A stretch of DNA of 64,000 nucleotides from an uncultured Candidatus Actinomarina sp. (lineage in GTDB: Bacteria > Actinomycetota > Acidimicrobiia > Actinomarinales > Actinomarinaceae). Each line of letters opens with the position of its first letter. The first letter of the stretch is position 1. The translations under genes and the position numbers were made by a program. Of this stretch, positions 10,850 to 19,262 are shown in pieces. Location of the stretch: contig CACPJC010000001.1 of the NCBI GenBank assembly GCA_902634185.1, positions 96,001 to 160,000 on the forward strand. The letters are read 5' to 3'. The notes beneath the pieces are model-generated. The model did not search any database. It saw only the letters and a list, made by a program, of their open reading frames with translations, and had not been told where the DNA came from.

Positions 10850-11578
10850 ATGAATCCCGTAAGTTTTGGAACAAAATTAAAAACACTTTTTATGTTTCCA
10901 TTATTCCTAATTATATTTAGCTTTTTAATAATTCTTATAATACTTACGGTCTTTATTCCAAATGGAAAGTTATTAGCTACAAAATATTACAAATTTTTTG
11001 GATGGCTAGGATTAAGAATGGTTGGGATTAATTTAACCGTTTCTGGTTTAGAAAATATTGATACCGACAAAAGTTACGTTGTAGTATCTAATCACCCATC
11101 AACTCTTGATATATTTACCCACATTTATGGGTTACCAATATCTGTAAGATTCCTAACTAAAACTGAACTTTTTCGTATTCCTTTCTTTAGTAGAGTATTA
11201 AAGATTCTGGGTCTTCCAAGAATTGATAGAGGTAGTTCATCATTAGATCTTGATAAAATTAATAATTCGATACAAAGTGTTATAGATGATGGTAATTCAA
11301 TAATGATATTTCCAGAAGGTAAAAGAAGTAATCAAAAAAATCTTTTGGAATTTAAAAAAGGAGCTGCACATATTGCTAAAAAATTCAATTTATCTGTTCT
11401 GCCAGTTGTTACACACAATGCCCATAAATTAATGATTAAAGGTAAAGTTTGGTTTTTATCTGGTGATATACATATGGATGTTTTGAAACCTATTGACGAT
11501 ATACATAAGTATGAAGTTGATGAATTAACAAATCTATTTTTTGAAAAAATAAATGAGGTTTTAACTACGAAGAAATGA
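10850..11578 (+). CDS. plsC: 1-acyl-sn-glycerol-3-phosphate acyltransferase
   Basis: NHPSTLD (HX4D), FPEGKRS, FKKGAAHIA. Confidence 0.88.
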   Translation: MNPVSFGTKLKTLFMFPLFLIIFSFLIILIILTVFIPNGKLLATKYYKFFGWLGLRMVGINLTVSGLENIDTDKSYVVVSNHPSTLDIFTHIYGLPISVRFLTKTELFRIPFFSRVLKILGLPRIDRGSSSLDLDKINNSIQSVIDDGNSIMIFPEGKRSNQKNLLEFKKGAAHIAKKFNLSVLPVVTHNAHKLMIKGKVWFLSGDIHMDVLKPIDDIHKYEVDELTNLFFEKINEVLTTKK

Positions 11579-12100
11579 TTCTATATAGCTGAAGAAGTCT
11601 TTACTTTTGGAATCATCAGTTAGTAAATCATCAACTTTATCTTCTTCATTAAATAAATAAAAATTTTCGTATACGTTTAATCCATAATTGCTAAGTTGAG
11701 CGCCAAGTAAATTAAATGCATTCTTTGCATTGTTGCCCTTACCGTCAACTGAACTAATAATTGCAACATCCTTATCTTTAAACAATTCATTGTAAGAATA
11801 GTTATCGAAACTTATTGAAAGCCAATCGAGTAAATTTTTCAAATGGGAGACATAACCTCCATTGAAAACAGGACTAAATATTATTATTTTAGAAGTTTCA
11901 ATTAAATCATCTCTTACTTTTATGACATATTCAGGTTGTTCATCATTGTAATCTCGGAGAAAAGGAACATTTTCATAAAAATCATCATATAGATTACAAG
12001 ATATCTCTAAATCACTTAGGTAGCTATTTACGATACCTGCGGCTTTATTATTTTTTGATTCTGGTCTTGTTCCAGCCGATAAAAGCAAAATTTTTGACAT
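11561..12100 (-). CDS. NADPH-dependent FMN reductase family flavoprotein
   Basis: GTRPESKN, SPVFNGGYVSHLKNLLDWLS, FKDKDVAI. Confidence 0.85.
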   Translation of the reverse strand: MSKILLLSAGTRPESKNNKAAGIVNSYLSDLEISCNLYDDFYENVPFLRDYNDEQPEYVIKVRDDLIETSKIIIFSPVFNGGYVSHLKNLLDWLSISFDNYSYNELFKDKDVAIISSVDGKGNNAKNAFNLLGAQLSNYGLNVYENFYLFNEEDKVDDLLTDDSKSKDFFSYIESFLRS

Positions 12101-12130
12101 AGGTTAATTATGTTATAAGATACTTTTTAT

Positions 12131-12463
12131 ATGGATAGTAATGTTGAAAATTTTGCAAACCTAGACATAAGAGTTGGTCAAATTTTATCAGCTGAAGTTT
12201 TTGAAGAGGCAAAAAAACCTGCATACATTTTAAAAATAGATTTTGGAAATGATATAGGTGAAAAAAAAACAAGTGCTCAAATTACAAATTATCAGCTAGA
12301 TGAACTGATTGGAGTTAGATGTATTGGAGTAATCAATCTTGGTGACAAACAAATTGGTCCGATAATTAGTCAATGTTTAATTCTTGGATCGATCAACGAT
12401 AATGGGGATGTTTTACTGCTTCAACCCAGTCCAGAAGCTGATTTAGGTGACAAAGTTTCTTAA
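12131..12463 (+). CDS. csaA: CsaA/Trbp111-like tRNA-binding OB-fold protein
   Basis: FANLDIRVGQI, KKPAYILKIDFG, TSAQIT, NLGDKQIGP.SQCLILG. Confidence 0.88.
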   Translation: MDSNVENFANLDIRVGQILSAEVFEEAKKPAYILKIDFGNDIGEKKTSAQITNYQLDELIGVRCIGVINLGDKQIGPIISQCLILGSINDNGDVLLLQPSPEADLGDKVS

Positions 12464-12933
12464 CTAACCAAAGAGTCAAACTTCTCAACATTAAAAGTAC
12501 CGACCCTTTTATAAATTTTATCTCCATGTTTGTCTACAAGAACATATGTTGGTGTATATTTAAGATTATATTTTTCAATAGTCTCAAGATAATCTTTTTT
12601 TGAAGCATTTACGGATACAATTGGTATTTCTTCATGCTTTTTTTTGAATTCATTAACTATGAATTTTGAAGCAGTACAACCTAGTCAATAGTCAGAGTAA
12701 AATTCAATTATTGTATATTCAAAGTTTGAAAAATTATGATTATCAACAACTAAACCTCGCTTTGAATTAAATAAATACAATCCAAAAAAAGAACCTATTA
12801 CAAAAAAACTTAATATATATAGAACGATTGAAGGCTCAAATGCGATAAAAAATATCACTAAGCCAAATATCCAGCCCAAAGGTAAGTAAATAAGGCTGTA
12901 TCTATTGATAAACTTTAAAAGAATTTTTTTCAT
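12460..12933 (-). CDS. Predicted selenoprotein: membrane-anchored thioredoxin-fold protein with UxxC motif (157 aa, Sec83)
   Basis: In-frame TGA at 12685-12687 within IIEFYSDY-U-LG-C-TASK; frame stays open for 74 more codons to TAA at 12460-12462 and includes YNLKYTPTYVLVDKHG (Trx cis-Pro region); two N-terminal TM helices; SECIS-like hairpin downstream. Confidence 0.85.
12647..12665 (-). promoter_or_regulatory. Candidate bacterial SECIS element
   Basis: mRNA AAUUCAU-AGUUA-AUGAAUU: 7-bp stem with GU at loop positions 2-3; 26 nt between UGA and loop. Confidence 0.65.
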
Positions 12934-12968
12934 ATATTTACATTCTTTTCACAAATTATACTTTAATT

Positions 12969-13379
12969 ATGGATCTGATTAATAAACTCAGAGATAATGG
13001 TAATCGTATTACTGAGTCTAGAAGTACAATTTGTAAAATTCTTGAGGAAGCAGGTCATGAGCATTTTACAGCAGATGAACTATACAAACTAGCCTTAAAC
13101 AGGGTTCAAGACATTGATTTAGCAACCGTATATAGAACACTAGAAATTCTTGAGTCATTAGATCTCGTAGAACATTCACACCAGCAACATGGTTCAGGAA
13201 TTTATTATCTTAAAAACCAAGAAAGAACTGCTCATATAGTTTGTAACAGTTGTAAAAAGATTAAAGACATTTCAAAAAACGTCATCAACGCTGTCGAAAA
13301 AATTATTGCAAAAGAATCAAATTTTAATTTAATTGACAATCATTTCGTGTATGCGGGAGTTTGTAATAAATGTAAATAA
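12969..13379 (+). CDS. nur: Fur-family regulator, Nur (nickel uptake regulator)-like
   Basis: ATVYRTLEILE helix, CxxC pairs; LVEHSHQQHG and DNHF match the Streptomyces Nur Ni-site segments (LVSHAHLGHG, MKHF) as recalled; adjacent to ECF Ni/Co genes. Confidence 0.75.
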   Translation: MDLINKLRDNGNRITESRSTICKILEEAGHEHFTADELYKLALNRVQDIDLATVYRTLEILESLDLVEHSHQQHGSGIYYLKNQERTAHIVCNSCKKIKDISKNVINAVEKIIAKESNFNLIDNHFVYAGVCNKCK

Positions 13380-13386
13380 CTATTTT

Positions 13387-13411
13387 TATTGCAAATTGAT
13401 TGCATTAAAAT
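13387..13411 (+). promoter_or_regulatory. Nur-box-like operator and -10 of leaderless cbiQ promoter
   Basis: TTGCAA-ATTGA-TTGCAT (13389-13405) fits tTGCaa-N5-ttGCAA; abuts TAAAAT (13406-13411), which lies 6 nt before the ATG. Confidence 0.7.
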
Positions 13412-13417
13412 ATTGTC

Positions 13418-14182
13418 ATGTATCCTACAAGCCACCAACATCATTTATCAATTCATGAAAATTCTGAATTAAAGAATATTAAACCCCAGCAAAAAGTATT
13501 AGGTTGCTTTTTAATTGTTTTGTCTATTGCATTTTCTGATGTAAGAGATCTATTTCAAATATTCATGCATATATTTTTAGTTTTTTATATTTTATCACTG
13601 ACAAAAATTCCAACTAAAACTTATTTAAAGAGATTAACTTTAGATATACCTTTTATTTTATTTGCATTATTCCTTCCATTCCTTAGCAGTGAGAATAATG
13701 ACAAAATATTTGAAATTTTTTCATTTAATGTTTATCAAACAGGTGTAAATGATATGTTTACAATTTTATTCAAAGCAACTTTAGGTTTGACCGTTGGAAT
13801 AATTCTTACGGGAGTAACTTCAAGCATGGAAATAATTTATGGTCTCCAAAAATTAAAAATTCCAAATATCATTATTGCGATCATGTCCTTCACGATACGA
13901 TATATTGATGTATTCATTGATGAGTTCAAACGAGTTAAAATTTCAATGGCATCAAGAGGTTATGTTGAAAAAGGTTTAAAAACCTTAATACCTATTGCGT
14001 TTGCATCTGGAGCCCTATTAATTCGAGGATATGAAAGAGGTGAAAGAGTTTATTTATCCATGATATCAAGAGGGTTCAATGGAAATATAGATTTCAAATC
14101 TCGAAATTACGAAATTTCTAACAAATTTAACTTTTGTGTTATTTTATCAATCATAACTTTATTGTTGGACAAGATACTATGA
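13418..14182 (+). CDS. cbiQ: ECF Co/Ni transporter T component (CbiQ/NikQ)
   Basis: His-rich N-terminus, IPFILFALFLPF, RYIDVFIDE.KR...MASRG, RGYERGERVYLSMISRGF. Confidence 0.88.
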   Translation: MYPTSHQHHLSIHENSELKNIKPQQKVLGCFLIVLSIAFSDVRDLFQIFMHIFLVFYILSLTKIPTKTYLKRLTLDIPFILFALFLPFLSSENNDKIFEIFSFNVYQTGVNDMFTILFKATLGLTVGIILTGVTSSMEIIYGLQKLKIPNIIIAIMSFTIRYIDVFIDEFKRVKISMASRGYVEKGLKTLIPIAFASGALLIRGYERGERVYLSMISRGFNGNIDFKSRNYEISNKFNFCVILSIITLLLDKIL

Positions 14183-14925
14183 CTAAATATTTAGAAGTTA
14201 ATAATTTAAGTTATTCCTATCCAGACGGTCATGAAGCATTAAAAGATATAAGCTTTGATCTTGACAACAAAGAGTCATTGGCAATATTAGGGCCTAATGG
14301 TGCAGGAAAAACTACTTTGATTCTTCACTTAAATGGGATTTTAGGAAATCTAGACAAAGATATAAAAGTAAGTAATTTTGAATACACAGATGAAAATATC
14401 GCAGATATTAGAAAGACTGTAGGTGTGGTTTTTCAAGATCCTGATGATCAATTATTTATGCCAACAGTAATAGAAGATGTTATGTTTGGACCAAAAAATT
14501 TTGGATACAATGATACAGAATCTGAAGAACTTGCAATCGATGCACTAAAACAAGTTAATATGATTGATTTCTTAGATAGACCACCACACCACTTAAGTTA
14601 TGGACAAAAACGTAAAGTTGCTATTGCAAGCGTTTTAGCATCAAAACCAAAATTATTAGTTCTTGATGAGCCAGGATCAAATCTCGATCCATCATCTCGT
14701 AGGGATTTAATTGAAATACTCAATGATCTAGAAGTTTCAAAAATTCTTGTGACCCATGACTTGCCTATGGCATTAGAAATCTGTGAAAGAAGTATTGTTT
14801 TAAATGATGGAAAAATAACTCGTGATGACAATACATTAAATATTTTAAAAGATGAAACTTTTATGAAAAATAATAGACTAGAGCTTCCATATGGATTTGC
14901 ATTTCATCATTTAGGTGAAGAATAA
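14179..14925 (+). CDS. cbiO: ECF Co/Ni transporter ATPase (CbiO/NikO)
   Basis: GPNGAGKTT, FQDPDDQLF, LSYGQKRK, LDEP; likely ATG at 14179 overlapping the cbiQ stop (ATGA). Confidence 0.9.
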   Translation: MTKYLEVNNLSYSYPDGHEALKDISFDLDNKESLAILGPNGAGKTTLILHLNGILGNLDKDIKVSNFEYTDENIADIRKTVGVVFQDPDDQLFMPTVIEDVMFGPKNFGYNDTESEELAIDALKQVNMIDFLDRPPHHLSYGQKRKVAIASVLASKPKLLVLDEPGSNLDPSSRRDLIEILNDLEVSKILVTHDLPMALEICERSIVLNDGKITRDDNTLNILKDETFMKNNRLELPYGFAFHHLGEE

Positions 14926-15905
14926 GAATTATCCTTTACAAATGAAACAATCTTCTCTCTAGCCTCTTGGGATTCTTGAATTGGAAAAAATTGCCATCCA
15001 TGCCATAAATTTTCCCATGTTTGCAGCTCATAAGGAATATTATTTTTTTCTAACTTTTTACAAAACTCAATTGCGTCATTGTATAGAAGTTCATCAGAAC
15101 AAACTTGGATAAGAGTATTTGGAAATGTTTCAATCTCTGCAAAAACTGGAGACAAAATCGGATTTGTAACTCCATATTCTCCAGCATAATATTCGCCAAT
15201 ATTTTTAACACCATCTATTGCCAATAAGATATCTTTGTTTTTAAGATATTTTCTATCTTTATTCTCATCTGATAAATCTAACCAGGGTGACATTAGAATT
15301 AATTTATCAGGGCTTATATCAAATGTTTTATCAACCAATATACCGGTAGCTAGTCCACCTCCTGCTGAGTCTCCCATCCAAATTGTTTGTTTACTAGTTT
15401 CAAGTTTACTTATGATTTCAACAGCTTTTTTTGCATCTTCGTGTGCTGCAGGAAATAAAAATTCTGGAGTTAATGAGTATTCAAAGTAATACATTGGAAT
15501 CTGAAGCTCATAAGTAAATTGAGAAACAATATTTTTGTATGCTGTAATGCTTCCGTTGTAATATCCACCTCCATGAAAATAAATCCCGAAAGTATCCTCC
15601 TGAGAATTGTTAGGAGTAAATTTATAAATATCCATCTCACTGGTAGCAATTTTCTCAAAATGAACATTGTCATTAAATTTATTTAATCTTGAACCTGTAT
15701 AGTCATAACCTATTCTGGCAGTCCTGGCGAAATCAATTCTATCCTGAAACGACTGTTGACTTTTTGGTTTATTTAGTAGAACTTTATCTTTTAACTTTCT
15801 GATTGGAAGAATATTTTTATAAAGTTGTGTTCTTAATCCAATAGGAAGACTTGGAATATAATCAAGCGTAAACTTTTCCAAAATTTTTAATAATATATTT
15901 ATCAC
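14907..15905 (-). CDS. Alpha/beta hydrolase (HSL-family esterase/lipase)
   Basis: YFHGGGY oxyanion motif, GDSAGGGL nucleophile, SPWLDL, LWHGWQ; GTG start. Confidence 0.9.
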   Translation of the reverse strand: MINILLKILEKFTLDYIPSLPIGLRTQLYKNILPIRKLKDKVLLNKPKSQQSFQDRIDFARTARIGYDYTGSRLNKFNDNVHFEKIATSEMDIYKFTPNNSQEDTFGIYFHGGGYYNGSITAYKNIVSQFTYELQIPMYYFEYSLTPEFLFPAAHEDAKKAVEIISKLETSKQTIWMGDSAGGGLATGILVDKTFDISPDKLILMSPWLDLSDENKDRKYLKNKDILLAIDGVKNIGEYYAGEYGVTNPILSPVFAEIETFPNTLIQVCSDELLYNDAIEFCKKLEKNNIPYELQTWENLWHGWQFFPIQESQEAREKIVSFVKDNSYSSPK

Positions 15906-15956
15906 ATATCAATTATACAATTTTTCAAGAATGAATAAATACCTATAATAGTTTCT

Positions 15957-17042
15957 ATGCAAGAAGTAAATGGTTCAATTGCAATACTTGGTTCTGGAGA
16001 AACAAGTCCTAATTTAGTTTCTGTGCATAGAAATTTGATAAATAAAATTGATGGTGAAGTAATTGCTTCCTTAATAGATACGCCTTTTGGATTTCAAGAA
16101 AATGCTGATCAGTTAGTTGATAAATTGATTGAATTTTATGATGTAAGTCTAAATTTAGAAATAAACTTGGCTAGCTTTAGAAATAAAAAGTATTTTAAAT
16201 CGGTTGAATACTTTGAGTTTTTAAAAAAAATTCAAAGTTCAAATTTTATATTTTCAGGACCAGGTAGTCCAAGCTACGCAACAAAAAATTGGATAGATAC
16301 AGATGTACCAGAAATTTTTAAGGAGAGACTTTGCTCTGGAAGTAGCTTAATATTTGCCAGTGCAGCAGCATCGACTTTAGGTATTAGAACAATTCCAGTC
16401 TATGAAATATACAAGGTTGGGATTGACCCCTACTGGGAGAAAGGTATAAATCTTCTTGAAGTTTTTGATATTGATTGTGTAGTTGTTCCACACTTTAATA
16501 ATAAAGAAGGTGGAAACCATGACACAAGCATAAGTTATCTTGGTGCTAAAAGAATGGAGATTCTACAAGAGATTCAACCAACTAATATATTAGGTATTGA
16601 TGAGCATACGGCTCTAATAATTGATGCAAAAGAAAACCTTTTTGAAGTTGAAGGGTTAGGACAAGTCACTGTCATTAATCAAAATGAAACTCAAAACTTT
16701 AAGAATGGAGAAAAATATAGTTTAGATTATCTCAGAAAGTTATTAGAAAATACTGAAACAAAATCAATTAAAGAAAGTGCTGACAATGATCAAAATTCTC
16801 AAGATGAACAAATTGAAGATGTTTTAAGAAAAGAAATAGCTGAGTTAAGACTGGAAATTGAAAAGAATAATAAAAATTCAGAAAATATAAATAATTTAAT
16901 CAATAAATTAATTTCTTATCGGATAGAACTTAGATCATCTCAAAAATATGAAGAATCAGATATCGTCAGAGATTTTCTCACAGAATCAAATATAGAAATT
17001 GAGGATGATAAGAATTCATCTAGCTGGAAGTTTAAAGATTAA
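15957..17042 (+). CDS. Peptidase S51/cyanophycinase-like protein fused to a CysRS C-terminal-like domain
   Basis: LGSGET, FSGPGSPSY, FASAAA nucleophile elbow, VVPHFNN, GIDEHTA; C-terminal R...R...KYEESDIVRDFL...IEIED...SSW. Confidence 0.7.
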   Translation: MQEVNGSIAILGSGETSPNLVSVHRNLINKIDGEVIASLIDTPFGFQENADQLVDKLIEFYDVSLNLEINLASFRNKKYFKSVEYFEFLKKIQSSNFIFSGPGSPSYATKNWIDTDVPEIFKERLCSGSSLIFASAAASTLGIRTIPVYEIYKVGIDPYWEKGINLLEVFDIDCVVVPHFNNKEGGNHDTSISYLGAKRMEILQEIQPTNILGIDEHTALIIDAKENLFEVEGLGQVTVINQNETQNFKNGEKYSLDYLRKLLENTETKSIKESADNDQNSQDEQIEDVLRKEIAELRLEIEKNNKNSENINNLINKLISYRIELRSSQKYEESDIVRDFLTESNIEIEDDKNSSSWKFKD

Positions 17043-17847
17043 TTGATCCGTATTCACCCAAAATTTTAAATTCTTTGGCTACTTGGCTAAGATTATCCAT
17101 TAAAAGTTGGTCAATTTTTTTGTCAGTATTCTGATAATCTACGTAAAACTTGTATTCCCAAGGAGACCCCAGAATTGGTCTTGATTCTAATTTTATAAGA
17201 TTTAATTTTAGAACATCGAAGACAGTTAAAGCCTTAAGTAAGGAACCAGGCTCATCCGCTGCTACAAGAATTGCAGAGCGAATATTTTTTTCTTCAGAAA
17301 TTTCAAATGGTTTTATTCCTGTTAAAAAAAATCTTGTGTAATTTTCTTCGTGATTAGATATATTTTTCTCAATTATTGTAAACCTTTCATCATTAGCAAA
17401 ATGATCACCTGCTATAGCCCCAATATCAATTGATTTAGTCTCTAATAAGCTAATTACACTTCCTGCAGTATCAAACACTGGTTGTAGTTCAACATCTAAA
17501 TCATTTAAATATTTACTACATTGTTGGAGTGCTTGTGGATGAGATATAACTTTTTTTATATCTTCTTTTTTTGTTCCTTTAATACCAATTAGGGCATGGT
17601 TTATCTTCTTTTTTATCTCTAAATATATTTCTAAATTGTGTTCAATTAAACTTTCATAAGCTTCTATTACTGTTCCAACAAGAGAATTTTCAACTGGTAA
17701 AAGCCCAAATCCTTCTTGAGTCGTATTTTTAGAAACCTCTTGAAAGGTTTTGCAAGAGACTAATTCGTAATCTGGAAATAATTCTAATAATACAGATTCA
17801 GAGTATGAGCCTTTTGATCCCTGGTAAAAAATTTTTTCATTTTTCAT
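17032..17847 (-). CDS. pheA: Prephenate dehydratase with ACT domain
   Basis: QGSKGSYS, LPVENSLVG, SHPQALQQC, NYTRF, LIKLESRP. Confidence 0.93.
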   Translation of the reverse strand: MKNEKIFYQGSKGSYSESVLLELFPDYELVSCKTFQEVSKNTTQEGFGLLPVENSLVGTVIEAYESLIEHNLEIYLEIKKKINHALIGIKGTKKEDIKKVISHPQALQQCSKYLNDLDVELQPVFDTAGSVISLLETKSIDIGAIAGDHFANDERFTIIEKNISNHEENYTRFFLTGIKPFEISEEKNIRSAILVAADEPGSLLKALTVFDVLKLNLIKLESRPILGSPWEYKFYVDYQNTDKKIDQLLMDNLSQVAKEFKILGEYGSINL

Positions 17848-18268
17848 TTATATAATCAATTCCTTTTTTGTAACCCTCAATACCCAAACCTACAAATGAC
17901 TCTTCACATACATCATAAATTAAATTTGTTTTTCTAAAGTTTTCCCTTTTTCTAATATCTGTCATATGTACTTCCACGATAGGTAAATTTAGAAGTAGTA
18001 ATGAATCTCTTATTGCCACACTTGTGTGTGTATATCCCCCAGGATTAATTATCAAACCGTCAATCGTTTCATTATTAAAAATGTTTTGGATAAATTCACA
18101 AATTTCTCCCTCATGATTGGATTGATAAAAAATTAATTCATCCTTATTGTTCGTGTAGTCTTCAAGTTCAGAAATTAATTCCTTATAAGTAGTTGTTCCA
18201 TATTTATCAATTTCTCTTTGCCCAAGAAAATTTAAATTTGGACCATTGATGATTACAATTTTACCCAT
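17837..18268 (-). CDS. aroQ: Type II 3-dehydroquinate dehydratase
   Basis: NGPNLNFLGQRE..YG, QSNHEG, INPGGYTHTSVAIRD, VEVH. Confidence 0.95.
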   Translation of the reverse strand: MGKIVIINGPNLNFLGQREIDKYGTTTYKELISELEDYTNNKDELIFYQSNHEGEICEFIQNIFNNETIDGLIINPGGYTHTSVAIRDSLLLLNLPIVEVHMTDIRKRENFRKTNLIYDVCEESFVGLGIEGYKKGIDYINEK

Positions 18269-19262
18269 TAATTAAAACCTCCAATAGATCGTTTATGTGT
18301 AAATCAATCAGAATAGGTTTTTCAATATCTTCTATTAATACGAATTTAATTATGTCATTTGATACTTTTTTATCATTTGAAATTATCTCTTTGAGATAAT
18401 TGTTGTCATTTGAAAATTTATAATCTGTTTTTAGTGATTTTTTATTCAAAAAATCTTCAAACTGATGTTTCACACTACTATCAAGATGGTACTTTTTCTC
18501 AGCTATTTCAAGGCCTTTAAGAATTCCAATAGCTACAGCCTGTCCGTGGGAAACACTGTAATCCGAATCTTTTTCAATTAGATGTCCTATTGTATGTCCT
18601 AAGTTTAGAAACATTCTTTCATTACTTTCTTCAATATCATCGTGTAATATGCTATTTTTCACTTTTACACTTTTTTTTATTATTTCGTCGATATTTTTCA
18701 TAAAATTATCAACATATATCAAATCAAGTATTGTTCTATCCCCTAAAAGGCCAGCCTTAATCGATTCAATTATTCCATTATTAAGTTCATTTTCAGAAAG
18801 GGAATCTAAAAATTCTGAGCAAATCAATATTTTTTCTGGAATAAAAAAGGTTCCAATCTGATTTTTACCATAGTCGTTGTTAAAACCATTCTTACCTCCA
18901 TGAGCGGCATCTACCATCCCCAGCAACGTCGACGGTATTAAACATAGTTTTGCCCCACGTTTGAATGTACTAGTTGCAAAACCCACTAAATCACTGAGTA
19001 CACCTCCACCAATCCCAATAACTTTAGAATTTCTATCTAAAGATTGATCAAACATAATTGACCAGAGCTTTTGTATAGTCTCTAAGCCCTTGGTTGATTC
19101 ATTTATATCAATTTCAAAAATATTTAAATTCTCATCTAGGTTGAGAATTGATGAAAGATTAGAGTCAAGAAATACCACATGATTATCAGTATTTATATAA
19201 TTTTTTAGATCTATATCTAGATCATTAAAGTTATTTGAGTAATCTATTTCAGATAACTTCAT
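18261..19262 (-). CDS. aroB: 3-dehydroquinate synthase
   Basis: GGGVLSDLVGF, PSTLLGMVDAAHGGKNG, LNLGHTIGH, HGQAVAIG. Confidence 0.93.
   Translation of the reverse strand: MKLSEIDYSNNFNDLDIDLKNYINTDNHVVFLDSNLSSILNLDENLNIFEIDINESTKGLETIQKLWSIMFDQSLDRNSKVIGIGGGVLSDLVGFATSTFKRGAKLCLIPSTLLGMVDAAHGGKNGFNNDYGKNQIGTFFIPEKILICSEFLDSLSENELNNGIIESIKAGLLGDRTILDLIYVDNFMKNIDEIIKKSVKVKNSILHDDIEESNERMFLNLGHTIGHLIEKDSDYSVSHGQAVAIGILKGLEIAEKKYHLDSSVKHQFEDFLNKKSLKTDYKFSNDNNYLKEIISNDKKVSNDIIKFVLIEDIEKPILIDLHINDLLEVLING

Noticed and set aside
12685-12687. TGA reassigned to Trp or Gly (genetic code 4/25), or a simple pseudogene
   Set aside because: TGA terminates conserved genes at their expected ends (pcrA, sucD, infA, cbiQ) and no other gene here is interrupted. 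The position in a CxxC-equivalent motif plus the hairpin favours Sec, although a nonsense mutation or sequencing error cannot be fully excluded.
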